A DNA stretch of 64,000 bases, taken from Guillardia theta CCMP2712 (taxonomy: Eukaryota > Protista > Cryptophyta). The stretch is from contig NW_005434631.1 in assembly GCF_000315625.1 (NCBI RefSeq), positions 503,891 to 567,890 of the forward strand, given 5' to 3'. Position numbers and translations under genes: made by a program. Numbering within the stretch: the stretch's first letter is position 1; every line of letters begins with the position of its first letter. Below are positions 1 through 11,933 of the stretch, one piece after another. The notes beneath the pieces are model-generated. The model worked only from the letters and a program-made list of their open reading frames with translations. It made no database searches and was not told where the DNA came from.

Positions 1-3000
1 GCTTGTGGAGCTGGAGGAGCTGGAGAAGGAGAGGGCTGAGGCGGTGGAGAAGTTGGAGAAGGAGGACGAAATTGCGGAGAGGGAGGCTAAGGTGCCGAGC
101 GGTTGGCTCAGGAAACGATCTCGTCTCCTGCAGGACTACAACAAGCACTCCGACTACGGCTCCTGGTTCCTCGCCAAGATGCAAGCTGATTTCATTCCCT
201 TGTCCAAGAACGAGTCCTTCCAAGACCTGGCCATCCTCAACTCGTCAGATGTGTCGGTGGAGCGAACGATGAGGGGGAGGGAGAGGAAGGCGCCGAAGCA
301 CATCATGGCCAACTACTCTGTCGGGCTGCAGGGGAGCATTGCGTGGGCGGCGCTGGTGCCGAAGAAGAAGGGCGGGAGGGAGGATGACGACGTGGAGCAG
401 GCAAGCACGACGTCCGGGGGGGACAACTCAAGGAACAAGATGTCGATCAAGAACAGGACGACGCACATGACGGGGCTGCCGGAGGGCTGGACGGGTCGTG
501 CGGTGACGAGGCAGTCGTCAACGCAGGCAGACATTTGGATGATGGCGCCTGACGGGACCAAGTTGAGGTCGGTGGTGGACGTGGAGCACTGGTACGCGCA
601 GAACAAGAAGCCTTTAAGCAAGCAGGAGCGCAGGCTGTTCGAGGAGAGCTGCAAGGACGTTCGGCGCAAGGCTGCCTCCCTCCATGAAGGACAGAGGGCT
701 GCCGAGGACGCGTCCCCTGTGCAGGAGACCCCTGCCAAGGAGAGCAGGAGCAGAACTCCAGCTGGAGGAGGAGGCGGGGGAGGAGGAGGGGGGAGGAGGA
801 GAGGGGGGGGAGGGGGGGGAAGGGAGGTGGACTTGAGTGAGTTTCAGACGATCTGCTGGGACTGCAAGAAGGGCAAGTTCTCTCAGAAACACTACTCGCG
901 CACTCAATGCCGGAAGCTGCACGGGCACACGGACGTGGACTGGAGGGAGGATCCCAGGGAGGCAGGGAAGAAACATGCTCCTCTCCGACCTGCTGGAAGC
1001 AGAAAGGATAGCGGGCAGCAGGTGCAAGAGAGGAGCAGGAGGAGGGGGACAGAGCGCAGCTCCCGTGCAGACTCGGAGTCGAGCGAGGACGAGGACGAGT
1101 CGAGGAGGAGCAAGACGGCGAGCAGGAACGGGCGGAGCTCGCGGGATCGGCGGGAGGGAGGGAGGGGAGCAATAAAGGGGGAGGTGAAGGGAGACCAGTA
1201 CATCGCTGAGGACGATGAGAGCATCGCGGAGATCGCGCGAGGGCTGAGGGTGGAGGCGGCGGAGCTGCTGAGGATGAACAGAAGCAAGTACGGGGGCTGA
1301 CGGTCAACTCGAAGCTATACGGGGGTACCGTGCTGGATCTGCCGAGCTCCTTCTCGCGGGGCAGGAGGAGGGAGGGAGGGGAGGAGAAGGAGGACGGCGG
1401 GGAGAGCGAGGGGAACGAGGACGAGAAGGGCGGGGAGGAGGACCTGATGGAGTTTGAGGAGGAAGGTGAAGGTGAAGGAGGGGAGACGAAGTCGAAGAAG
1501 CGTCAGAGAGAGGATGGCGCCAGTGAGGAGGAGGATGGGGAGGAGGAGGATGGGGAGAGCGATCGGAGCTCGGCGCAGGTGCAGCGTCGGTGGGGAACAG
1601 GTGGGGCAGCGGCGTGATCGACTCGAGGAGCGGAGGACAGAACGCCAAGTCTATGCGATGCTCCTACGAGCTTTGCGCGACCCCCCACCACAGCGGAAGA
1701 GGAGACGGCGAGCACGGCTGGAAGCTTGTGACGGCGCAGACGCGAGCAGGGAATCGAGATTGGACGGAGCTGATAGGACGCGTCTTCTGCAACGCCTGCT
1801 TCATGCAGTTCGCTACCAGGGGGACACTTGAGAGGCCGGGTCGATCGTCGGGGAGGCAGGGCGATGGGGAGGAGGAGGTTGGAGCGGAAGGGGGGAGCAA
1901 GGACAAGGGCAAGAAGGCCTCGGACGAAGTCTCAGTAGACGGGAAGGAGGAGGAGGAGGGAGGGAAGGGAGCGGAGCAGGGGACGAGGACGCAAGGAGGG
2001 GGGGATGGGAGCGGAGGGGAGAAGCAGGTCAAGTGCGGGTACGCAAACTGTCCTCACAAAGATAAGGAGAGGCACGGGAAGGACGGGGAAGGAGCAGGGG
2101 GACGCTGGATGACCATCACTAGCAGCACGGCGGCAGGCGGGCAGGACTGGTCTCGCTTCCTCGGGCAGACGTTCTGCAAGTCTTGCTACACTCACTACTC
2201 AACACACGGCACGTTCGTCAGAGGAGAACCGCGCGTGCAGGTGTGGAGAGGAGGGGGAGGGGAGAAGGGGAGGAGAGGAGGGAAGGAGAGGAGGGGAGAG
2301 CAGGGGAGAGGAGGGGAGTGGAGAGGAGGGGAGTGGAGTGGAGAGGAGGGGAGTGGAGGAGAGGAGGGTGGAGTGAATGGGAGGAGATGGCGAGGATAGC
2401 GCGGATAAATTTGTCTGTTGACGATATGGCAGAACAATTCCGACAATGACCAGGAAATAGAAATNNNNNNNNNNNNNNNNNNNNNNNNNNNNNNNNNNNN
2501 NNNNNNNNNNNNNNNNNNNNNNNNNNNNNNNNNNNNNNNNNNNNNNNNNNNNNNNNNNNNNNNNTACGAGGCGGAGTAGTCGGAGAAAAGGAAATATCCG
2601 AGCCAGGAGGATCGAGGGCGAGAGGGAGGGGGCGGGAAGGAGTGGAGAAGGAGGAGGAGGAGGAGGAGACGAGAGCAGACGAGAGCAGGCAAGGGCAGAG
2701 GAAGAGGAAAGGAAGAGGGGAGGGGAGGGGAGGGGAGTGCAAGGGCCATGTAGGAGCAGGAAGAACTGATGTACTGTTGAGCGGCAGGATGATGAGGAGG
2801 AGATGAGCGAGGAGGAGGAGGAGCCCCAGTGGCAGCCCTGCCAGGTGATGAGAACTCTGCCCTTGACTGCTGCATGACAAGCTCAAGGCGGTCTACCATG
2901 GCGACGGGACATGGCGCGAAGGTATTGCATGTGAGAAGACAGCTGAGGTGAGGAGGAGACGGCAGAAGCCCAGCCCCTCACCTGCTCCTCAGACGTTCCT

Positions 3001-3475
3001 CGTCCGCTTCATCGGGCATGCCGACCAGGAACCCCAGGTGCTCCCGTTCCCTCCCCTGCTGGGAGGTAACGAGGTGGAGCAGGAGACAGAGGCCCAGGAC
3101 GTGCATCTGCTGCGACAGCAGGTACCCTCCTCCGCGGCTCTCCTCCTCCACTCACGCCTCCTCCTTCAGGCAACTCGCTCCCCTGCCTCTGACGCATTCC
3201 CTGGGAGCTCGAAATACCCGCGAGTGTCAGTGGAGGACCTGTTTCGTTCCTTCACCGTCTCCTCTGAGCCTGGTATGTCGTCCCCTGCTCCTATCTCCCT
3301 TCCCTGCTCCTCTGTTCCTCCCTCCCTCCCCTCCTCTCCTCTCCCTCCTCCTCCTCTTCCCACCCCCCCTCCCTCTCTCTCGCCTCCCCTTCCACCTCTT
3401 TTCTACCTCCTTTGCATTCTGAAGCATCCGCAGCGAACACCTCCTCCCCTAAGCTTGCTCCCACCCCGCCTCTGA
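1..3475 (+). CDS. 5'-partial multi-domain chromatin-associated protein: MBD-like domain, LysM-like repeat, two GATA-like Cys4 zinc fingers, possible Tudor/PWWP-like C-terminal exons
   Basis: ORF 5-1300 contains GLPEGWTGRAVTRQSSTQADIWMMAPDGTKLRSVVDVEHWY (MBD pattern). A LysM-like stretch YIAEDDESIAEIARGLRVEAAELLRMN...KLYGGTVLDLP spans a -1 shift at the G-run 1292-1296. ORF 1590-2399 has two CxY..C...W....GR/Q.FC.AC/SC.....GT motifs. The 3' part is interrupted by an N-gap and its extent is uncertain. Confidence 0.65.
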
Positions 3476-3773
3476 CGTCAGGTCAATGAGAAAATGGGAC
3501 GGGGAACAGGATGGATCAGAAGGAGGGCGGAGGGGGAGGGGATGGGGGGCAGCAAGAGGATGGTGAAGAGGAGGAAGACGAAGGGGGAGGGAGTAAGAGG
3601 ATTTGACTGCCATGCAGTGAACACAGCATCTCCCAAGCTCTCTCCTCCGACTCCTCCCCTCTCCTCAAGTCTGTGCTCCCCTAGCGCGCCCAACGGCTCA
3701 TCATCTTCCTCCAGGCAGTCTGACGCTGCTGGACAAAGAGTATCCTCTCCATGACGCGTGCGCGAGAGGCGAG

Positions 3774-5732
3774 ATGGACAAGGTCAGCCAGATGCTCCTC
3801 CTCCTCCTCCTCCTCCTCCTCCTCCTCCTCCTCCTCCTCCTCCTCCTCCTCCTCCTCCTCCTCCCTGGCCTGACGTCTCGAAGATCCGGCACTTCATCGA
3901 AACGAAGAAGATGGACGTCAATGAACGCGGCCATCCACCCCAGCGCTGGTGAGCGGGAGGAGGAAGTGGAGAAGGAGTTGGAAGTTGAGGAAGATGTGGA
4001 GGAGGTAGAGGAGGAGCAAGTGTTGGTGGTTTGCAGTGATTATGTTGTAGTGGACGATGTTTGTGACCTCGCTTCCTCCAGGTGTCCTCTGCACTGCTCG
4101 GCGTTTGCTGGGAGGGTGGAGATCGCAAGATACCTCATCGAGAATCGTATTCATCCCCACCTCCACTCCAGCAGCCTCACGAGCTGGCAGGGGCGGACAC
4201 GTCGTTGCAGGACGAGGACGGCTGGACTGCGCTGCACCTTGCCTCGACCAAGGTCAGCAGCTGTTCGTGTGCTCAGCGAGAGGTTGAGGGAGGCGCAGGG
4301 GCACACGGAGTTTGTCAAGTTCCTCCTCGAGGCTCGGGCAGGTCACTGGATCAAGGTGCTGCTGGGGAGGAGGCGGGGCCTGTGCTGACTCGGAGCAGGA
4401 CCACGACGGCTTCACGGCTCTGCACGAGGCGGCGAGGAACAACCACGTGGCTGTGCTGGAACTTCTGCGAGACGCTGGAGCAGAGTGAGCGAGCGAGCGA
4501 CTTGCTGCCGCCGTCCCCTGACATGTCGGGCAGCATCAACGTCAGGACGATCCATGGCTCGAGCTTGAAGAGCCTCCACTCCATGCCCGGCCTTTTCGCT
4601 CATGCCATGAAGGTGAGCCGAGAACTGCCGCTGCCGCGTCTGACCTGCTGCGTCCTCCAGTCTGGCAGGACTCCCATCCACTGGGCCGCATGCAACGGGC
4701 ACTTGGAGGTCCTGGTGAGGCTGGTGGAGGCAGGAGGGAGCATCGGGGCGCGGGACCACGAGGGCGACACTCCCCTGCTGCTGGCCGCTCGCAACGGCAA
4801 CCTCGAGGTACTCAAAGCGCTGGTGCACTGGCAGGGGGGAAAGGAGGATGTCAACTCCTTCGGATGGAACGCGGTCCACTGCGCTGCCTCTAACGGTCAG
4901 TCCCACTGCCTGCCGTTCCTGGCGGAGGGCTCCGAGGAGCTCCTCGATGCGCGGGACGGAGCCCAGCACACGCCCCTGCACGTTGCTGTCCTGCGCTCGC
5001 ACCCCTCCTGCGTCAAAGTCCTCCTCGAGCTGGGAGCGCAACTGGAGTCTGCTGGACCCCTCGGCTCTACCGCCCTGCACTATGCCTGCCGGTCAGACCA
5101 GCCAGACGTCGTGAAGCTCCTGTTGGAGGCCAAGGCGGATGTGAGAGGAGGAGCTCAGCTCGAGAGCTGCTGAGCTTGCATGCAGATAGAAGCGAAGGAT
5201 CAGGAGGGATGGACGGCCCTGCACTGGGCCTGCGCCTCCTCCTCAGACGGCTGCGCGTCCATCCTCGTCGCCGCCGGCGCTGACGTCCAGGCTCGCAATG
5301 GCGATTCTCTCCTGCCCTTTGATGTCGCGACCGATGCCACTCGCTTCGTCCTCGCCCAGGTACTTCTCCCCTCCCTCCTCCCCCATAGCTGACGCCAGCC
5401 AGGCGCACGGCAGCGCCTCCCGCCCTGCCTATCCTCCGGTCATGGCCGACAGCTACTACATGTGGCCTTACGGGGCCTCATCGGAGAGATGGACGGGGAG
5501 CTACGGACGGGAGGGCATGGCGGCAGCGGCCGTTGCCATGTCGTCCCCCATGCAGGAGGTGTACAACGACTTCTGGTCCTCCCTCTCCCTCATGCCCGCC
5601 AACCACTACTACATGCCTGGCTCTGACGTGGATGCACCGAGTGAGCAGACGATGGGGACGAGCGCGTATCCCATGCCGTACAGGTACTACACGAGTGATG
5701 GGTACCCGCCGGCAACGTCAGGATACAACTAG
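3774..5732 (+). CDS. Ankyrin-repeat protein, multi-exon, with Tyr/Pro/Met-rich C-terminal tail
   Basis: Repeated ankyrin motifs: GWTALHLA, GRTPIHWAACNGHLEVLVRLVEAG, GDTPLLLAARNGNLEVL, HTPLHVAV, GSTALHYAC, GWTALHWAC. Short GT-AG introns; stop at 5730-5732. Confidence 0.85.
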
Positions 5733-5849
5733 CCAGGTGATAATGGCGATGCCTGGAACAAGTTGATACATAAAATGAACAAGCTTGGCGAGGGCATGCT
5801 GAAACTTGAGCAATAGACGAGCATAAGCATGAGAGTTTATTCTTCTCGC

Positions 5850-6035
5850 TTAATGACGGTTGTAGAAGTAGTCCCACTGGTGGCGAGCGCGGCGCCAGTC
5901 ATCGTAGGAGGCGGCATCGTTGGCGCGGTAGTAGGTGTCCTCGGACTCCTGGTAGAGGGCGCGAGCCTGGGTGTTCTGAACGAACGCCTGGGTGTAGAGG
6001 TTGGCAGCCTTCTTTCCGTAGAGGATAGTGCGCAT
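5850..6035 (-). CDS. 61-aa peptide of unknown function, copy A (MRTILYGKKAANLYTQAFVQ...WDYFYNRH)
   Basis: ATG directly after the acceptor ttcttgtcag; strongly C/G-ending codons; identical inverted copy at 7592-7777. Confidence 0.7.
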   Translation of the reverse strand: MRTILYGKKAANLYTQAFVQNTQARALYQESEDTYYRANDAASYDDWRRARHQWDYFYNRH

Positions 6036-6929
6036 CTGACAAGAACCGTAAGACGGGGAGATGCGCACATGCAAAAGTGAAAGACAGCAAGGGGGTGAGG
6101 AGGAGAAGTGATATGCAGCGTGCTGATTCAAGGATGGACACGATGGATAGACAATAAGAGAAGTTGAGTGGCAGCACAGAACCAAGCGACACAGGGTGAG
6201 GAGGGACAACAAATACACGATAGACATGACCTAGATGTGTTCTAGCACATGATGTAACACTGTACATGAACAAGGTAGTCGGCAGACATCTGGTTAAGCC
6301 AGAAATACATTTCAAGACCAACTTTACAAGAAAGCAGCGAAACGCCAAAGCAACCACACAAACTGTGCAGGTTTCGCATGTGTACACTGATGCAGAACTG
6401 TAGGGTATACAAGGAAAGAATGGAGAACATGAACAGAAACAACAAAGTAGCGAGCAAGAGACACGACAAGAGAAGAAAGAGAGGAGGGGAGAGCATTGAG
6501 CGAATCAGGCAGGTGGGGAAAGATGCATGTAAGCATGCAACGCGGCGGAGCCATACTTCAGAGGACGATGAGAAGCCGTCGCCGGGCGGGGTGGTATATG
6601 AAAGGGGGTGGTGGAGTTTGAAGTGATATTTTACCCATGAAAGGGTGGGTACTTACAGTCAAGAATGGGGTCCTAAATTGGTATGAGGGGTCCTTTTGGA
6701 AGTGATGAGGTAGGGGTCAAGTAGGGGTGGATGAGGTGGCAAATCTGCGGCTCTTCGCACTGGGAGGAACCAGAAGAGGACAGTACCCCTTCCGAAAACG
6801 AATCTATAATCACTAAACTTGACAAAATCTCAAATCTGTGAAAAATTATTTGAAAATTGATATGTATTATTGGATTGTTACACGAGATTTGCTTTTCCGA
6901 CGGGGGTGTCTATCGGCAAGATTCCAGAC

Positions 6930-6937
6930 TATATAAA
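6930..6937 (+). promoter_or_regulatory. TATA-like box upstream of peptide gene copy B
   Basis: TATATAAA lies ~35 bp before a GTATGG splice donor at 6971, within the divergent intergenic region. Confidence 0.4.
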
Positions 6938-7591
6938 CCTCCGAAGAGCCACTTCACATCAGCATCGAATGTATGGCACTTTGCCTTGTTTCTCTCCCTT
7001 TCAGCCTTCTATGTCCTCCCTATCCTGTTCCTTCCTCCTTCCTCTTCAACCTTTCTCCTTCCTCTTCATCCTCCTTTCTCCTTCCTCTTCATCCTCCTTT
7101 CTCCTTCCTCCTTCCTCCTTCCTCCTCCCTCCTTCCTCCTTCCTCCTTCCTCCTTGCTCCTTCCTCTTCATCATCCTCCTCCTCCCTCTCACATCCCCCC
7201 TCACCCCCAACTCTTTCTTCCTCTTCCCTCCTCCTCTTCCTTCCTCCTCCTCCTCCTCTTCATTGCCCCCCTTCTCATCACAACATTCCTTGTTGGTTGT
7301 CACCTCTGTTGTCCATGACGTGCTGGTGAAATGGGATTGTCTGCATGCCATATCGATGTCTGCTCAGAGTTCCCTCGATACTTCGTTACTCATTTGTATC
7401 CTCAGTCTTCTTGAGATGCCTTTGCGTTGTGTGATATGTGTTTGTATTGTTCGCCTCGATTTTCCAATGTAAATGTCTGTTGGAACTGGATGTTCTGATG
7501 GACTGCCGTTTCCTTCCTTGCTGTTCACACAAGCAACACTCTTGTACTCGCACGTACTGACTGATTGTTCACCGCTAATGATTCTTGTCAG

Positions 7592-7777
7592 ATGCGCACT
7601 ATCCTCTACGGAAAGAAGGCTGCCAACCTCTACACCCAGGCGTTCGTTCAGAACACCCAGGCTCGCGCCCTCTACCAGGAGTCCGAGGACACCTACTACC
7701 GCGCCAACGATGCCGCCTCCTACGATGACTGGCGCCGCGCTCGCCACCAGTGGGACTACTTCTACAACCGTCATTAA
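7592..7777 (+). CDS. 61-aa peptide of unknown function, copy B
   Basis: Identical to the reverse complement of 5850-6035; ATG follows the acceptor cag. Confidence 0.7.
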   Translation: MRTILYGKKAANLYTQAFVQNTQARALYQESEDTYYRANDAASYDDWRRARHQWDYFYNRH

Positions 7778-7911
7778 GCAGTTCCTGTTTAATGTGTTGA
7801 GCTGGTTGTAACCTGAGATAGTCACTGGTCAGTATGGTTGTACTTCATAGAAACTCCCGGAAACAAGTGTTTGATGTACTCACTCAGTAAACACACAAAT
7901 CTAAACACATG

Positions 7912-9027
7912 TCACTTGCTTTTCACTTTGGACAAAGACATGATGAGTTCGTAGCAGACGGAAGAGAGCGCGGACACAGGAACTGCCATCCACAACTTGG
8001 GAGCCAACCCCTTTCCAAGTGAGGAGACTCCTTCAGACTTCACCATTTGCGTAATTGTGTTCCATCCTGAGGTGCCGGTACCGATCTTCGTCTGTACCCT
8101 CACCTTCATGGTATCAAGTGGATTCGTCACGATCGCATTCACCGCTCCCGCGATCATGCCCGCAGTGAGGTGGATGGGCATGCCCTGCACAGCATCTGGA
8201 GCACGGCGAGCAAGCATCTGCTTCGACTGCTCATAGCTCGCCCACCACACAGCCGCCTGGGGGACGAAGGCAAGGATGTGGGCCCCAGTCCCTCGCCACA
8301 GGCCGAAGACTCCGTCCTCTTTGATCACGTCTTTGACGACGGAAAGAGCCCCCTTGAACTGCGATCCCACAGGTCGGTGAGCAGGACCGGAGCCTTTCTC
8401 CCACGAGGGAGGGAGGCCTCCTTGGATCTGAATCTTCTGCACGATGACGTCGAGCGGGACCCAGAAGCAGGAGGTAAGGCCCTCCGCAAGCGCTCCTGCG
8501 CACAAGGGCGCGATCGGAGACTCCTTCCACTTCTCTCCTCCCAGCCCCTCCACTTTCTCCTTGCACCAGTTGTACGTCACGAGGTAGGCGAGCTGGGCAG
8601 GGATCCCAGCGAACGTGTTGAAGCCGAAGCCTCGGAAGAAGCCGTACATCCCCTCCCGCCCGTAGATGTGCCGGCAGAGAACGATCCAATCCTTCCACAG
8701 CTTGTTAGTAGGGCGAAGATCCACCTAGCAGGAGCATCAGCGAGGACGAAGTAGGGGCAAGCACCTGTCTACCTGGAGCCTTGTCTTGAGCAGATCCGAA
8801 GGGTACATGAGGAGCTGCTCTACGATGTACAAGGCAGACCCGTACCCCAAAAGGTGGGGTAGAGAAGTGTCCTTCCAGGCCACGCTGATCTCCTTGCGAG
8901 CGATGATCGAGTAGAGAAGGTCTTCAATCTCTGCCTCGTCCTCCTCGTCTTCGTCGGACTTGATTGCATCGTTCGCTGCCTGCGTTCCATCGTGCCGCGT
9001 GCCTGACTGCCTCCTCAAGATCGTCAT
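7912..9027 (-). CDS. Mitochondrial carrier family (SLC25) protein, one intron (8725-8772)
   Basis: Three Px[DE]xx[KR/V]xx[LIV]Q signatures (PSDLLKTRLQ, PLDVIVQKIQ, PLDTMKVRVQ) and EG..GL/F.RG motifs. The 48-bp GT-AG intron joins RLQ|VDL in frame. Confidence 0.92.
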
Positions 9028-9556
9028 GTTCTCTTATGAGAGGTGAGTTTAGCTATGGAAACTGAATTCCATTCCCGTCCCAACCTGCCTTCCAGGTAGT
9101 CAATGATACAACACACCCTTCAACCTGGATCACAACACGCTACCTTCGGCCACTTCATACTCTGGGAAGCCCTTTCTTTCCCCTTCCCCCATCCCTTCTC
9201 CTCCTGCCTTCACTCCCTACCCGCTTATTCCACTCCCTCTCGCTCCCCCCGCCCCCCCCCCCGCCCCCCTCATCTTCCTCCTTGATCACTCCTCTTCGTA
9301 GAAGCTTCTATCCTGCATGCGCTCTAGCTAGACGTAGCGGAGACCCACTGGGCCACCTTTCCTCCCCAAAAGAACCTACCCCACCCCCCTGACAAACTCC
9401 GTGCGTGTTTATACCCCATATTTTGTAGATTAAAATACCGGTAGTGATGTACCCCTACCTCAATCAAAGGGGAAGTATGGCACGGAAGGAAGATGGAGCG
9501 AGTGAGGAGGAAGAGTAGGAAGGGAAGGAGACAGCACGGAAGAGAGGTACTGCAGC

Positions 9557-9786
9557 GAGAGGAGAGCACTTTACGTGGCTATGAGAGGAGAGCACTTTAC
9601 GTGGATCTGAGAGGAGAGCACTTTACGTGGCTATGAGAGGAGAGCACTTTACCTGGCTCTGAGAGGAGAGCACTTTACCTGGCTCTGAGAGGAGAGCACT
9701 TTACGTGGCTCTGAGAGGAGAGCACTTTGGCTCTGAGAGGAGAGCACTTTGGCTGGCTCTGAGAGGAGAGCACTTTACGTGGATCT
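9557..9786. repeat. 26-bp minisatellite, ~9 copies (GAGAGGAGAGCACTTTACGTGGCTCT and variants)
   Basis: Directly visible tandem units with no unique spacers. Confidence 0.95.
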
Positions 9787-10829
9787 GAGGGATACGCTTT
9801 GCCGAAGATCCTTGGATTGGGATTAAGTTCCATGTCAACTGCAGGCTGGAGGAAGTTGGCGGGGATGCTTTCAGTTGAAAGACTCGGAGTGACGAGCCTC
9901 ATGAGTAGGAGATGGAGGGGAAGGAGAAGAGAATGCAGTAGGTGTCCCTAAACCCCGTACGCTAACGTTCGGCCTAACTCGAGAACGAGAGGACCTGAGC
10001 AGTCTTGGACGGTCTTGCTCGATTGGATGAGAGTTTAGAGCGGCAATAATCAGTCAGGACCAGTTCACATGTGACATACGCTTGTTCTTGTTCATCTTGA
10101 GAAGCAGTGGAAACTGATCAAACACGATGAGACCAAGGGAATCTATCCTAGTGTGAACCATGCGAGTGCATCAGAAACGGCCTAGATTTCTAAAGTTATT
10201 CGTGTTGCTTGTAGTCTCCAAGATCCACAAGGCACAAGGCAGCTGTGTTCGCGATGAAAGAGAGGTAGACTTATCGGAAAACTTGTTCGTGGTTCTAGTA
10301 CACATGAGGGTCAACGCATCTTCAAGGTCTATTCTTCCACTTCGATTTGGTCGTCATCGACGATTTCTTGGACTAGAAAACTAATTTTCCCGTGTTGTAG
10401 CTTTGCACATACTAGCTGTACGTAACCTTCAGGCTGCCATGGTTGTTGTGGATGGTTGTTAGGCTATGGAACCTCGGCACTAAGCTAGAAAGCAGTGGAA
10501 GGAGCGAAGGGAAACAGAAGGGAGTAAGTCTGCAGGATCGTAGGAAGCAACCTCTTCCCAAAACCACTCTGGCAACTCGTGCTTAGAGGGTTATTGTCTG
10601 GTTTCTTCCTTGTAAACACTGGGGAGAAAGGAAAAAGTTCCAGCTATCAGGGACAAGGAACGAAATATAAAACAGCTTGAAAATTTATTGACTGAACGGT
10701 TACTCAAACGTAATTCACAAATTCAAATTGACATAAATCTTCACATCACTATTCACATGAAAAATCGTTCTGCGTAGGGGCAAAGACAATCAGTCAGAGG
10801 AGTGAAAAACTGCCGTCATCGTTCAACGC

Positions 10830-11933
10830 TTACCAATCACTGGAGTCGCTGTTGCGTGCTATTGCCACGTAAGCCTGAATGTCTTCTGCACTTGACTGTA
10901 CAAACCATTCGGGGCTGTCCTGCAAAGGGTTGGGAGAAGAATTCTTTGAGGAACCACCTGATTGGCCATTGGTTCCTCCGTTCTCCCCGCCATCCTGAAA
11001 GATCTCCTGTTGCTCATCCTGCTGGTAGGTAAGGAACGAGAAGCACGGGTCATTTTCGTTTACGACATTGCCAGGGCTGCCATTTTCCTCTTGCTCATTC
11101 TCCGGAGGAGGGAGAACCTCATTGTCCATGGCGTCTCCAATAGATTGCTTGAAGCAGCAACTCACCGTCTCATTGTCATTGAAATTATTGACACTCGTAT
11201 CAGCCAGGTCTTCCATTGAACCTGAACCGACCTGATTAACGCTGTTGCGTGCGCTTTGTATAGTCTGGAATCCTTCATACTGGTACAAGGATCCCCTCAT
11301 ATCTTGCTCGTTGATGTCGTATGCTGCTTCTGCATTTGGAGCAGCAGCAGCAGCAGCAGCAGCTTCTCTCACTCCCTGCTGACTCTGGACCGGACTTGAG
11401 CTGGTTTGCTCCTGCAAGGGCGAGGGTGACCTTTTCCTGTCCTTCCTGCGTTTCCTGGGACGCGAGTCCTTCGCTCCGACCGGCCTGCCAGGAGCTCGCT
11501 TGTTCATGCTCTCATACTCAGCTCTCTCCTCGTCAGTCCAGAGTGGCATGGTCACGTGTGCCCAAGTCCTCCTGTCCCAGATATCTCGCACTGCCTTGGA
11601 GCTGATACTGAAGTGCCGTGCTATCACCGCGCTCTCAGCGGTCTTGAAGAGCGAGTCGGAGTTCCTCGACGAGTAGATCTTGAGTGCGATGTCTGCATTC
11701 AGGATCGCCTTCCGTGTTGCAGCCCCTGTGCTGCACCTGTCCTGTGCCTCATCCTTGTCTTGTTCGCAAGGATGGTAACTCCCCTGGTAACTCCCCTGCA
11801 TCATACCTCTCGTGGAGCTGGCCTCGTGCAAAGGATAGTTCCCATGAGGGACCCCCAACGATTCAGCAGCCTGGTAGGCTGAGGGCTCCTCCATTCCCTG
11901 CATGCGGGAGCTAGGAAACCCTTGCCTGTCCAT
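10830..11933 (-). CDS. Putative DNA-binding protein: HTH-like domain plus AT-hook-like basic motif, low-complexity C-terminus
   Basis: 367-aa ORF. ILNADIALKIY...SAVIARHFSISSKAVRDIWDRRTW resembles an HTH family I recall as expanded in cryptophytes; it is followed by RAPGRPVGAKDSRPRKRR. Confidence 0.65.
   Translation of the reverse strand: MDRQGFPSSRMQGMEEPSAYQAAESLGVPHGNYPLHEASSTRGMMQGSYQGSYHPCEQDKDEAQDRCSTGAATRKAILNADIALKIYSSRNSDSLFKTAESAVIARHFSISSKAVRDIWDRRTWAHVTMPLWTDEERAEYESMNKRAPGRPVGAKDSRPRKRRKDRKRSPSPLQEQTSSSPVQSQQGVREAAAAAAAAPNAEAAYDINEQDMRGSLYQYEGFQTIQSARNSVNQVGSGSMEDLADTSVNNFNDNETVSCCFKQSIGDAMDNEVLPPPENEQEENGSPGNVVNENDPCFSFLTYQQDEQQEIFQDGGENGGTNGQSGGSSKNSSPNPLQDSPEWFVQSSAEDIQAYVAIARNSDSSDW

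Noticed and set aside
9557-9786. CRISPR-like array
   Set aside because: Units abut directly with no unique spacers, there are no cas genes, and the context is eukaryotic.
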